From positions 248,001 through 312,000 of the forward strand of contig OZ237740.1 of the NCBI GenBank assembly GCA_965178125.1: a stretch of 64,000 nucleotides of DNA, read 5' to 3'. Shown one piece after another: positions 1 to 13,578 of this stretch. The notes under the pieces are model-generated. The model worked only from the letters and a program-made list of their open reading frames with translations. It searched no databases and was not told the origin of the DNA. The position numbers were made by a program, and so were the translations under genes. The DNA comes from Bilabrum cf. latius. Lineage: Eukaryota. Position 1 is the first letter of the stretch. Each line of letters opens with the position of its first letter.

Positions 1-1403
1 GCCGGGGTGCGCATCTCGTACACCTCGATGGCGCGGTCTGCGCCGTGCACTGCAACGAACCTCCCCGAGCGATCGGAAGTCACGGTGACGACTCGCTTGT
101 CGGGGGCATACCGCGCAACGCCGCCCATCGCAGAAATGTGCTCAGGCTGCGCCACGTCAGAGTCCATCGTGCCGATCCCACCACCGCCGCTTAGGAACGC
201 CTCAATCACAGATTTTGGCTCGCCTGAGGCGGCCGAGGAAGAGGAGGCTACTGCGGCATCGGACGAGCGGCCGGCCGTCTTGAGCAGCGCCCTGTGCCCG
301 GCGGCAGTCGTGGTTCGCATAGCAAACAAGCGGAGCTGCCCGTCGGCACTGCCAGTGATGACCCTGAAAGGCGCGCTCTCGCCGTCAACGCCTGCACGCC
401 CCGCCGCCACCTGGATGGCGTCCGTCGTGGCGGCGGTCCCTTCCCCGGCAGATGCGCCAGGTGCTTCAATGCCGCTGGAGGACATCGCAGCTCTGCCCCT
501 CTTCCTCGAACCCGCCGAAGACGCACCAGCGACGGCTGCCTGCGCACTCCCACCACCCGCTGACGGGCTGGAAAACGCCCCCGTCGCGCCCACCACCTCT
601 AGGTCCCATACCTCGTTCCTGTGACTGTGCACGGTCTGCACGCACGACTACGTCTCGAGATCCCACACCTTGAGCGTGGAGTCCTTGCTCGACGTAAGCA
701 GCCGGAGATCGTTGGCTGACCCCACACCAGAGGAAGCAGAAGGAGCAGACCCAGCCGCACGGCCCCTCTTCCTGGCTGGTGGCCCGCCTGGTGGGGCTGT
801 GCCTCCCACCCGACCCTCCTTGGGCACGAGCTTGCAGGCAGTCACTTCATCCCTGTGGCCCATCAATCGGCAGATGCCCGCCTGTGCCGCAACATCCCAC
901 ACGATCGCGGTGGTGTCCCGTGACGCGCTGGCGACAAACGCGCACTCCTCATCGAAGCTCAGGCACGACACGGCCTTACGATGGCCCTTGAACGTGCACT
1001 GGCGCTCACCGTTGCGCATATCAAACACCCTTACTGAGCCATCGGAGTAGCCTACCGCCGTGCTGAATCCATTCGAGCCAACAGCGACCGCACTCACCTG
1101 CGCGGGGAGGTCCAGCCCGGTCCGGTCTTCCTCGGAAGCGAGGCGCCTCAACTGCGAGCAGGTAGCAGAACACCAAACAGGACAAAATTATAAATGTTCT
1201 ACGACGCACCCCTGATAACCGTAACGCATTGGCGAGCGTGGCCTCCTCACAATTGTACCAGTCTTCACGCTCCATACGTGAGCATCCTCCAGTCCGCCGG
1301 ACACGGCGACATCTCCCGCCGGAGTAGTATCTACATTACACTGAGGTGATGTTACAATACCGAAGCTAGAGCGTTGCTTGTACCGAAGATAGGTTTTCTG
1401 CAT
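1..1403 (-). CDS. WDR3: WD40-repeat SSU processome protein WDR3/UTP12/DIP2 (3' part outside window)
   Basis: N-terminus MQKTYLRYKQRSSFGIVTS matches the WDR3/Dip2 start; WD40 repeats (GHRKAVSCL..WD, GHRDEVT, LKVWD); GT-AG intron 1152-1250; reads through TAG 648-650 as VWDLET[Q]SCVQTVHSHRNEVW. Confidence 0.88.
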
Positions 1404-1629
1404 TGTGCTCGAAACAGAGGGACTTGCAGTTGTGCTTCGCTAGAATTTCAGGGATAGGCGATGCACTTGAGCTTTGCAGTCCCAAGGAGCCACTCAAGTA
1501 CTGCCAGATATGTCGATGCTGAAAATATAGGGTAGTAGCTATCGTAACAATTCCAATATTTGGTATTTTTACGTTTCTCAAGGAATAAGCATGATGGAAC
1601 GTTCGTGAACTATTTATTCCCTTCCAAGT

Positions 1630-4600
1630 TCAGCGCGACTGGAGGCCGCCGGCCGGTATAATCGCGTACTTGTCGCAGATCCGTGTGAACGCCATCGGAA
1701 GCACCACATCTCCCTGGTCATCCTCATCCTCCGAATCGCTCTCTCCAGCCGACGGCCTGGCGATCGGCATGCCCCCGAACCCCCCGCTCTCCTCCTTGGA
1801 CATCTCCACGCTGAGCTCGTGCGCCTCCGAGAAGAACTGCAAAATTGTCTTGTCGGTCAGTGCGCGACGGGGAGAAGCACCTCCCGCCCCGCCCTTCCTC
1901 AGCCCAAGCACCTCGGCCGCACGAGTTGTGCCGGTGCGCTTGCTCTTCCTGCCGGCGTCCTTCACTGCTGCCTGCGCCAGCGACTTGACGATCTTGGAGA
2001 ACTCGCCCACGCTAAGCACACCATCACCGTTATCGTCGTACTCGTCATACATCCTAGTGAGAACCTCCTTCTCCCATCCCTGCCGAGCCTCAAAGATCGC
2101 GACACAAACGTCGATGAAGTGGTCAAAGTCGACCACTGGAGTCTCGGGGTTCAGCTTTGCACTCGTCGCACCCGAAGCCTCCGATGCCGCACCTTCCGTG
2201 CTGCTGCCAGCGACGCTTCCCCTTGCTGCGCCTGAATCTGCTTCTGTGCTGGTGATGGCCGCGGGACGAAACCCACCGTAGGACCCAGCCGCCCTGGAGG
2301 TCTTCGGCTCGCTCAGCTCCAGTTTACCCACCACCGTGGCAGCGATCTGCTCCGCCGTTCCACCTTTCTCGCGAAGGGCCTTGGCTCCTGCATCGTCCTA
2401 TGCCTGGCCCACCGGCATGGCCATGGACACCAGCGCCGACTGGAGCCTGGCCTGCGCATCGACTGGGAATCTCAGCCGCTCAGGGTCCATGAAAGCGACC
2501 GATTTCTGGTGCGTGAACACGAACATGGCGGCGTTCAGCGCGTCCGTCAGCTGGATCGGGCACTGTCCCTCCCGCTTGTGCCTCAGGATCACCGCCTTGA
2601 ATCTGGGGAACAACTCACGGTGGAGGGCTAGCACGAATGCGCCCAGCCTGTAGCTGAACTGGCCCGGCTTCACCACGCCGAGCGCCTGCCCGAATGTTCT
2701 CACTCGGCTAGAAGCACCTTTGTACTTTTGAATGGCCTCTACCAGATTCACGATGTGCTGGTCCACGATGCTGGGCAGCCCGTACTTCTGCAACAGGTAG
2801 TCCTTGATGTAAGCATCCAGGCTCTGCCGTTCGTCTCCCCGTTCGTCGTCATTCTTGTCCTCCACAATCTTGTGCTCTATGATGTCGTACGCGAGAGACA
2901 GGGCACCGGTCAGGTTCAGTCGCTTCATCTTGCCGGGCCCACGCTTGGTGGATCCCTTCGCCTCGCGCACGCCGGCCTTCTTGATGTACTTGCGCCAGGG
3001 GCTGTACTTTGCCTCAGGATCCTCGAAAAACTTCTTCTTGCCGGATGCCTTTGCTGCCCGCGCGGCCGCCTCCAGCTCTTCCTGCTTGGCCTGGCCGATT
3101 GCGGTCCGGATCCGCAGGGGCAGAAACTTGATGGCCCGTTGCACCGGCAGCTTGTGCATCAGCAGCTCGACCAGCGCCTTGCGATCCTCCAGGCCTAGAT
3201 CATCCCTGAACGGCTTGCGCAGAGGACCGTGCGCCTCAAGTGATGCCTTCACAACGCTCTCAACAGCGTGCCCCTTCATCACGTCGAGCAGGTCCCGCAG
3301 CAGCTTGCCCTGCTCGGCGTCGCTGACCGCGTCCAGCTTGACCACCTGCTCCTTTTGCTCATCCGTAAGCTCCATGCTGTCAAATCCGTCCAGACTGTCG
3401 CGGTCGCCATCTGAAGGCCCACCAGCTCCCGAGGCGGGCTGGCCATCGTCCTCGTCATCATCGCCTGCCTCATCGTGCACACCGGCTCCAGCACCGGCGG
3501 CCCCCAAGCTCGCTGCAGATGCCCCAATCAGCATGGCCGGAGTGCGCGCGCCCTGCATGTACTTGAGTAGCCCTAGGGCGTAATCGCCTGGCTTCATCAC
3601 CCGCACCACGCCCTCGTCCACCAGTGTCGTGTCGCGCTCCTCGAGCAGCGCGTGCAGCTCGTCCTGGTCCAGCAGCCGAGCATCGCTGCCCACAAGGAAT
3701 CGGATGGCCGCACCGCGCTGCCAGGTGGGCAGCTGCCGCAGCAGGCGCGGCAGGGCCATCCCGATAGCCTGCTTGCCGGCCGCGTCTGCTGCATTCACGA
3801 TGATATCTGCAGCCTGGCGCGTTGCCTTGTCGTGGTACTTGGCTGAGGGCTCTTGCGCCTCCTCTCCATCCAGGAGCGTCTTCCTGAAGTGCTCCTTTAC
3901 CACGGTTGACACGAGGCGAACGGCATCCGTGTGCTTGGCGTCCTGCCGGTGAATCACCACTGAGGCTGCTTGCTGCACTGCCATGTCCACTGGCGCGTCG
4001 TCGCCCAGGAGCTCGGCCAGGATCTGCTTCAGTAGGTGGGGCGAGACCTCTGAGATGGATTTTTTGATGAACGTGACGCGATCCTCGTCGCTCCCGAGGC
4101 CACCGAACGCGTCCACGCAGCCGTCTACGGTTGCCAGCCTCTGCTTCAGCTCCTCTACCTGCTGCCCCTGTGTCTGCTTCTGGTTCGACATAGCCAATAC
4201 CTGGGTCTTGAGTGCCACCTGACGCGACTTGTTGAAGGCTGACTTCCACTTGTCTACCACGACCGAGCGTCGCCGTACTCCTTCCAGCTCCGTCTGCCTC
4301 GCTTCCTCCCACTGCACCAGCGCCCCCTTGAGGCCATCGATCACCCGCGCCAGCCGCCTCTTGTCGGACTTGAGGCGCTCTGCGCTGGTGAACCAAGGCC
4401 TCAGTCTGTAGTACCGCAGCAGCGCCGTGGATCCAGCCACTCCCGCCCGAGCCCCGGCAAGCTTCTGCTCCAGCCTACGCACGTACTCCGTGCTTGCGAG
4501 CACTGCAGGGGCCGACTGGTCGACCCCGGCAGCTGTTGCCTCCGTGGCTGCTATCCTCTTGGCCTCCTGCAGCTCGGCCCAAATCTGCTGCACGTACTCT

Positions 4601-6186
4601 TCCTGGTCCCTGCTGTCACCATCCGTGGCCTCCTGGCCGTCTTCGTACACTGACCTCGCCAGGACGTTGCGGACGAGTCGCATGAGTGGCTGATACCTGC
4701 CCACGTGCCTCTCAAGCTCTTCTAGAACCTCGAAGGCGCATGCAGTGGGCAGCTCAACGGGGTCGCCAACGGCGCCGTTCGAGGCAACCACAGCCCCACT
4801 GTCGCCCAGCCCGTCTCTTCCCTCGGCCGCCCGACTGAAAACGAGCGCGCGCCGGAGCTTGGCTTCGAGGCCGATGGCAGGACTGGCAAACCCGGCCCCA
4901 GCCTCCCTGGCGTACGATTCCTGCCACTCCTGCACCATGAGCACCTTGCTCTCTTCCGATGACAGCTGCTGCCTGAGGTGCTCGCGACTGAGGTGGATGA
5001 CGGGGGGAAGTGGCGCGGGCCGGATGGATCGAACCAGCTGTTCCCCGGTGGGGCCCATCTCCTCCTCACCGAGCCCGGGCAAGGAAGCCAGGCTGCCCCG
5101 CCCCATGCCCCCGGTCATAGAAGCCTAGGAGGAAACGGAGCCGAACCCCTGCCTGCTGAGCTGCAATCCCACTGCGGAGCTGTCCATTAGGCTGCCGGGG
5201 TGCTGCCGACCGCTGCTCGCGTCACCGCGGCCGCCGTCCCCTTGCGCACCTCCAGCGGCGTGCTTTGCCATGCTTCGCTGGAGTTCCCTGCGAACCGATA
5301 TGGGCATCTGATCCGATCCATGGGGCAGGGCCCATTCGGGGAGGTCGTACTCGGTCCCCTTCTCCACCTTGCGCTGTGACGAGTGCGACCGATCCACCCC
5401 GGCACTGTCGCGATGGCTCGCTACCCCCATGTACCGCTTGGTCGCAAGGGAAGCGCCCAAACCGGAAGTAGACGATGATGGCGACGCGAAGCTGCGCGCA
5501 GCCTGCGGCGTGCGTGCGCGCCTGAAACCCGTGGCCGCGCTGCCACCCGACGACTTGGTAGGCGAGCGATAGGACGTGTCTGTCCCCTGCAGCGGTCCTG
5601 CTTGGCCCCTGCCCCGGCCCAAAGCGGCTCTGTGAGCGACTTCCGCGGTGCTGCCTCGAACGGTCGGTTTATTTCCACGCATACCATTTCTGCTGCTTGT
5701 GCTGGTGCCTGGTCGGTGGGAATCCCCGCCGAGCACTTGCTCTCCGATGGTGCTGCGCTCTAACCCGAACCCGCTCAGATCAGACGCTTGCGGATGCGCG
5801 TTGGCAAACGAGCGCAGGAGTGCTGCAGATGGCTACGAGCCTATAGATGCTACGCTTTCTGTCCCGACTCCGTCTTGCTCCTTGCCGCCAGCCTGCGAAT
5901 GCCTTGGCATAACATCGGCGCTCTGCAAACCTCGCAGCGCGATTCCGGGTGATGCTGCAAATGCGTGTTTCCTTGCCGTAAGCGACGATTGTGGCTATAC
6001 AATGGAAGCTGTCACGGGGTTCTGAGAAGTCGGAACGTGCATTCCACCAACAATCGCAAAGCCTCGAGGTGGCCGTCCGCCGTGCGCTGCCCCATCTCTT
6101 GCAATTTTTCGGTACCCAGAGCCTGCTGCTTCAAGAAGTGATTGATATTGCTTCTTCTTAATCTCTCGTACGCGAGCTTCATCCAT
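1630..6186 (-). CDS. 1518-aa coiled-coil protein with C-terminal EF-hand, TSNAXIP1-like
   Basis: Track ORFs 5995-6186, 5125-5736, 2398-5118 and 1630-2334 are one frame broken only by TAG (5995, 5833, 5125, 2398); ends TGA; EF-hand DDNGDGVLSVGEF; YIKDYLLQKYGL..IVNLVEAIQKY segment resembles TSNAXIP1-like proteins (recognition only). Confidence 0.7.
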
Positions 6187-6313
6187 AACTCCTCAATGAG
6201 GCCGTATGTGGCATCAAGCACAATCGATCCGTTCATCGCAAGCCGTGGTCGCAAGTGCACTGTACTGTAAGTCTAATCCTTTGCCTCTCCACTCCTCGCT
6301 TCTGCTTGAAGTG

Positions 6314-7552
6314 ATGCTAAACCTCTGCCTGATTCTCATCCCAAGTGTACTTATCATTGGCGGGAGGGCCACGTGCAACAACCAAGCGGATTGCTCTCTA
6401 AATGGCGACTGCGTAGCAGGCGGTTGTAGTTGCGATCCAGGTTGGGTCGGAGATACCTGTGGCGAACTGGACCTACTTCCAACGCCACCAACAGCTGGGT
6501 ACTTTAATACATCAGAGTACAGCTGGGGGGGTCTGCCCATCCAAGGAAGCAGTCAAAACGGCGAAGGAGCAGAGTGGCACCTGTTCGCAGCGGCGTTCGA
6601 GTTCGGCTGCAAGCTAGAGTCCTGGAAAACAAATAGCCGGGTCATCCGAGCGACATCGCAGTCAGGGCCACTCGGACCATACAAGTTCTCTGACGAGGTG
6701 CTGCCTGCATTCGCTCACAATCCGGCCCCTCGCGTAGCACCGGACGGCTCAGTTGTCTTGTATTTCATTGGTGGGTGGAAGCGAACACCAGTGAAATGCA
6801 GCAACAGCAGCAGCCAATCGATCGCAGATTTTAGCTACAGCAATGCCGCTGCTGAGCTGATTCCATCGAAATCAGTCGGCTGGACACCGGACTGCGGCCC
6901 GCCCCCGCTCAACAGCGGGTGTGGCATCCACATGGTGCACGCCCCCAGCCCCTCGGGCCCATGGAGCAAGGTCCAGTACGTGAACGTGACGAACGCGCAG
7001 TGGGCGTGCGCTCGCACGAACCCAGCCGCGTGGATCCTCCCGAACGGCACCGTGTTCCTGGGGATGAATGCGGGGTACTGCCACGATCGAGACGAACAGC
7101 TGGCGCTTGCGTGGTCCCCCAACGGATACAAGGGCCCGTACAGCATGCGAGTGAACGGGCCAGTCATACCGGGGGGGTTTAGGGACGAGGATCCCTTCCT
7201 ATGGAGCAACAAGAGGGGCTGGCACATGCTTGCGCACGGCTTCCAGTCGCAGGCCCTTGAGGGCAGGCTGGCCTACTCACCCGATGGACTCCAATGGACC
7301 ATGTCCCCGCTACCGGCTTACAACCGAAGCATCGCGTTCACGAACGGTACCAACATCGAGGCAGCCACGGTACAGAGGCCGCAGATTCTCTTCGACCCCG
7401 ACTCTGACCCGAAGGACCCCACCCCTGTGGCCCTGTGGAATGGGGTGGGCATCGGGACCCAGGCAAACAGCCACACACTCGTGCGGCCGATCAACACGGC
7501 GGCGGGGCGCGAGGCGCTGCGGGTGCATGCAGCAGGCGTGCAAGCATTCTGA
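6314..7552 (+). CDS. Secreted protein: signal peptide, EGF-like domain, five-bladed beta-propeller glycoside-hydrolase-like domain
   Basis: Hydrophobic N-terminus MLNLCLILIPSVLIIG; CSLNGDC..CSCDPGWVGDTC EGF pattern; HNP, TNP and EDPFLW blade motifs; ends TGA. Confidence 0.7.
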   Translation: MLNLCLILIPSVLIIGGRATCNNQADCSLNGDCVAGGCSCDPGWVGDTCGELDLLPTPPTAGYFNTSEYSWGGLPIQGSSQNGEGAEWHLFAAAFEFGCKLESWKTNSRVIRATSQSGPLGPYKFSDEVLPAFAHNPAPRVAPDGSVVLYFIGGWKRTPVKCSNSSSQSIADFSYSNAAAELIPSKSVGWTPDCGPPPLNSGCGIHMVHAPSPSGPWSKVQYVNVTNAQWACARTNPAAWILPNGTVFLGMNAGYCHDRDEQLALAWSPNGYKGPYSMRVNGPVIPGGFRDEDPFLWSNKRGWHMLAHGFQSQALEGRLAYSPDGLQWTMSPLPAYNRSIAFTNGTNIEAATVQRPQILFDPDSDPKDPTPVALWNGVGIGTQANSHTLVRPINTAAGREALRVHAAGVQAF

Positions 7553-7735
7553 TACGAGATACGATACTAAAAAAGTGGTGGGCCCCGGGGACTGGCAGTC
7601 GGAAGCTCAACAGGGTTTACCAAGCCAGGGTAGGACTGTCCTCCTGGCCCCCCGGCGAGGACCAGTGCTCTCTTGTGGTTGCGATTCTGGCCTGATTCAC
7701 CGGATCAATATTGTGGTTTTGCTTACAGTGACATA

Positions 7736-7762
7736 TCATCATCATCATCATCATCATCATCA
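7736..7762 (-). repeat. (TGA)9 microsatellite that forms the stop of the FERM-IQ gene
   Basis: Nine consecutive tca triplets on + strand, in frame with the gene end. Confidence 0.9.
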
Positions 7763-9313
7763 GCTGCCTTGCGCCTCGAGAGCCTCCTCCAGCAGCTTGT
7801 CGAACTTCTCCCTGCCCTTGCAGCCCCGCCAGAAGGCTTGAATCTTGGTGGCCGCCGCTTCATTGATCATCTTCGACCTAAGCTTGTAGCCCCTAAACAC
7901 TGCCTGCACAACAATCGCGGCTCTCTCTAGTGCCGAACTAGACCCGCTGAGTCGCAAGGCGAGTCCCAGTGCTGCGTGGTCGTGCTGGCCATGACCAGCC
8001 GCGCCACCGCCAGCCGCACCACCTGCCCCTGCCCCTGCCCCTGCACCTCTCGCCGCAGCCGCTGGCGCCTTGCCCGCCCCACCGGCCTTCTACTTCGCCT
8101 TAATCTCAGCCACCAGCTGCAAGGCATACGCCGTCAAATGGTCCGAAATTGCCCTTCCCTCCCTCGTCACGTACTGGAACATCGCCCCCCTTGTGGCTGA
8201 CGCGGCCTGCGTGGCTGGCCCAGGCCTCGAGACGGTCTTCTTCAGCTCGACGTAGAACTGCCCGTCAGATCTGTAGCCCCACCTGTACATTTCCACTAGA
8301 GAATACGATGCTACCATGCTTTTGGTGCTCCCGTCCAGAACCAGCAGTCCGGTGCAGCCCACTGCAAGCAGCTACTGGGAGGCGATGGTGGGGTGGAACT
8401 CCTGCACCACCGGGAACAACTCGCACCCGAAAAACGGGAGCTGCTCTCGGAGAGACTGCACGTAGTGCTTATTCGGGGCTGTCTTGACTTCCGGTTTGAG
8501 CGTCTTCCACGCTGCCAGGATGGTGGTTTCCCAGATGGAGCTGTGCTTAGTGGGCAGCAGCGAGGCCGGTACGAGCCCACGGAGGTGGGTGGTGATGCTG
8601 CCTACCTTGTGGCTGCGGGTGTGACGTGGTGGTTGACAATAGGGGCAATAAGCGAAGTAAGGGGAGTGGGGTTGGGAGGGAAGATGATGGGGCTCGCTGC
8701 AGTCGGTGTCCCGAAGGTCCGGCTCACGTGTCTGGCTTGAACTCTCCAAACCTGGACTGCAACTGCGTGGCCGCCAGCTGCACTGCCTGGTCTGCCGACG
8801 TCGGATATATGCCGCACACTACATTATGAATGGTCTGCAGCGTCAATAGATACCGGATTACGCGGTCGTCTACGTCCATCAAACTTGCCATGAAGAGGTG
8901 AATCTTGAGGATTAATCGAGCTGCCGGCAAGTCATTCACCTGCCACGCAACGGTGATGGGGACGACCGCAGCCTTCGCTGGAATTGCACGAGATACTGCG
9001 AAGCACCAGTTTAAGAGAGACGCGGATTTAGTTGAAACGAAAGCACGGGCCCTGCCACAATTCCATCAGAAGATCGGACTCGTTGCTTACCAGTTGCGCC
9101 ATCGTGCGACTCGTGCAAAGCAAAATATGGCGCCCATTTTAAAGACGTCTTCAGACCTATCCTAAAAAGAACGTCTGCAATTACCTGCTACGCTGTGGCT
9201 TCGTTCGGTACCCGTATATCGCGATAATTCATATCTAAGAAATACACCCGAACTCGGCTCTTGCCATCGTGCACGACTGTCGGCCCTGTCGTCGCCCTGC
9301 AGAAGCGAAGCAT
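7760..9313 (-). CDS. FERM-domain protein with two C-terminal IQ motifs (start and 5' exon structure approximate)
   Basis: RVYFLD..IGL..YFALHES (FERM N-lobe); YP..AVQLAATQLQSRFG and LPFFGCELF (FERM central); IQ motifs VQAVFRGYKLR and IQAFWRGCKGR; intron 8613-8727; in-frame TAG at 9188, 8372, 8090. Confidence 0.75.
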
Positions 9314-9816
9314 GGTAGATGCTGATTTGGTTGAATAGCATGCCTGAAACAAGCATTACGTAGCCTTTAGAGGCCCATGGAATGGATGAAATGACTCACA
9401 TGGCAATTTGGTTGGACAATAGAGACCACTATCAGGGACCCACAACCGGCCCCTCAGAACGGCTGTAAAACACAACTTGCTGGCGCAGAGCGAACAGGCT
9501 GCAGATGCAAATTCAGTGCAGTAGTACCCAAGAGAGGTTTCAATATCGAATCTCATTTAATCTATAATTGTTGCGTGCACCTAAATCGCGACGCTGGAAA
9601 CTGCGTGGGTATCCAAACACGACCACAGCGTTCAATCCACAGGCGTTAGAGTAAAACGGACCAGGCTGGCTGCATATTGTGGCATATTTTCTACATTACT
9701 GGGCCAGCTTCAGTAGACACTGCGTGGTGGCCACAGGCAAGCCACTCGGCGAGTCATCGGATCTCGCTCGGCTTTTTTGCTCCGCGCCCTTTACGCCGAG
9801 CACACAGGCGCTAGCA

Positions 9817-11950
<2,134 letters not shown>

Positions 11951-12562
11951 GGTGGATGAACCGACTGAACGGTGCAGGCGAGCGAGCAAGCGAGCTCAAG
12001 GTCTCGTCTCCTAGGGTCTGGCCCTTGGTCCCAGCTGCCGTGTGAGCGCGCTGGCGGCCTGGCCTGGCATGCGGTGGGGTGAGGTGGTGGCACTGGGGTG
12101 CGGCGCTCGTGATCCAATCCAGAATGTGGGTGATCGCATGTGCCCCAGCGGAACCCTGCTGCGCTGGCCGTAGAACCTGGGCTTCAAAGCAAGCAATAGC
12201 CGCTTGCTTTGAAGGAAGGGGTGGCCTGTGCGAGGCTGTCCGTCGGTCGGTCGAAGTGTGTGAGTGTGTGTGCGTGTCTAGTAGCAGAGTGAGTTCTTTG
12301 ACCCAGAAATTGTATACCCGAGAATTGAGTATCCAAAAAGGATCAAACGAGCCGTCTAGACGTGGTGGGCACGAAGACATGCAAGCACCCACGGCTTGGA
12401 ATAGACTAGATCTATATCCCGGATCTAGGCCTGTAGGGCTCCTGCTGCAACGAGTTCAACTAATCGACAGTTCTTTGTCTTGAAACCAATCAATGCACGA
12501 ATCATGCTATTCGGCTCCACACCGCGGCATGTTTGTTGCGTCCCAGCAGAGCAACGCGAGAG

Positions 12563-12664
12563 ATGCGCCAGGTTGGGTTGACACCAGGTGTGCAAACGGT
12601 GACTATGCCCTCGAAGGAGAGGAGCATGTCACCGTCCCGGAACTGGCGGTCCAACCTGGCGCAT
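12563..12664. other. Long imperfect inverted repeat (~100-nt hairpin) between convergent genes
   Basis: ATGCGCCAGGTTGG/CCAACCTGGCGCAT (14-bp perfect stem) enclosing ACGGTGAC-ATGC-CCTC/GAGG-GCAT-GTCACCGT with a GAAGGA loop. Confidence 0.75.
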
Positions 12665-12928
12665 GGCTTCAAGCGTGTTGCACTGCCAGGCGCTGCCGTT
12701 GGGGCGTGGCGCGTCAATACTTGGGACCTGCTGGCCCGATGCTTCTGACAACAGACCGACACACATGGCTTCCCCCCGGCCGGAGAGTGTATGGGGTACC
12801 CACGTGGTGTGGTCATGGTGGCCAAGCAAGGGCCCTGCAGGTCAGCAGAATTGCACTGGGAGGCCAGAATCTGTCATTTTGTCGTCAGCAGCGAGGCATA
12901 TCAATCTATTTGCTTAATGCCCCGCTGC

Positions 12929-13408
12929 TTAGCCTCATCCTCCTCCGCCCGGTGGACGCCTCCGATCCTCGCCCCACCGAGGCCTGCGAGCATCGAGCTG
13001 CGATTCGCCGGCAAACGGAGTGTCTCGCAAGCGAGCAGCGCGCCTCTTCCACTTTTCATCCTCCTTCTACTAGTCAACCAGCTCTTTCCTCTATTGTTTT
13101 AGTTTGTTCTAGAAATCCTCATCGTTCCGTTTCCGACGAGCCTCTTCTTGCACACGCCTGATCTGCTCTTCTCGAGCCGCCTGCCTCGAACTCTAGTTCC
13201 TCCTAGATGACTCCAAGCCCGCAGATACAGCACTTTTCTCTTTTAAGGTGTACATCATGGACGATACGTACGGGCGCAACGCGATAATCAAGACAGTTGC
13301 ACCTAGAATAAACCAACCGTAATTCTGGAGAAATTTCCATGCTATCCCTATTAACTGATAAGATGCTACGTGAGCAGCCTCATCAGGACGAAGCCCCTCT
13401 TCTTCCAT
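12929..13408 (-). CDS. SELENOS: Selenoprotein S-like (SELENOS/VIMP family) single-TM protein, 159 aa, Sec at penultimate position
   Basis: TM segment FLQNYGWFILGATVLIIAL, charged coiled coil, C-terminus RRPPGGGG-TGA-GGC-TAA (GGUG-stop); five in-frame TAG (13193, 13109, 13091, 13070, 13067). Confidence 0.78.
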
Positions 13409-13578
13409 CGGGTACTGGAAGCCCTATCGGGCAGTCTATGTGCCATCGACAGCCACCAGCACTTTCTTGCGGAACCGACTGCGCGGTGCCCACTAATGTT
13501 GCGAAAGGTTACCGATATTTGTATAGCGACGCAACATGTTTTCGAGAGCGAGCATTATTGGCTAGATACTGACTAGCG

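Noticed and set aside
7-624. Long antisense ORFs over GC-rich genes (e.g. 7-624, 1670-2281, 55189-56100)
   Set aside because: Shadow frames of genuine genes on the opposite strand
648-650. TAG as pyrrolysine or leaky readthrough
   Set aside because: Too frequent (including tandem TAG-TAG) and aligns to Gln; pyrrolysine is not known in eukaryotes
12480-12790. RNase P/MRP or SRP RNA
   Set aside because: Could not match the P4 CR-I/CR-V or SRP helix-8 consensus convincingly
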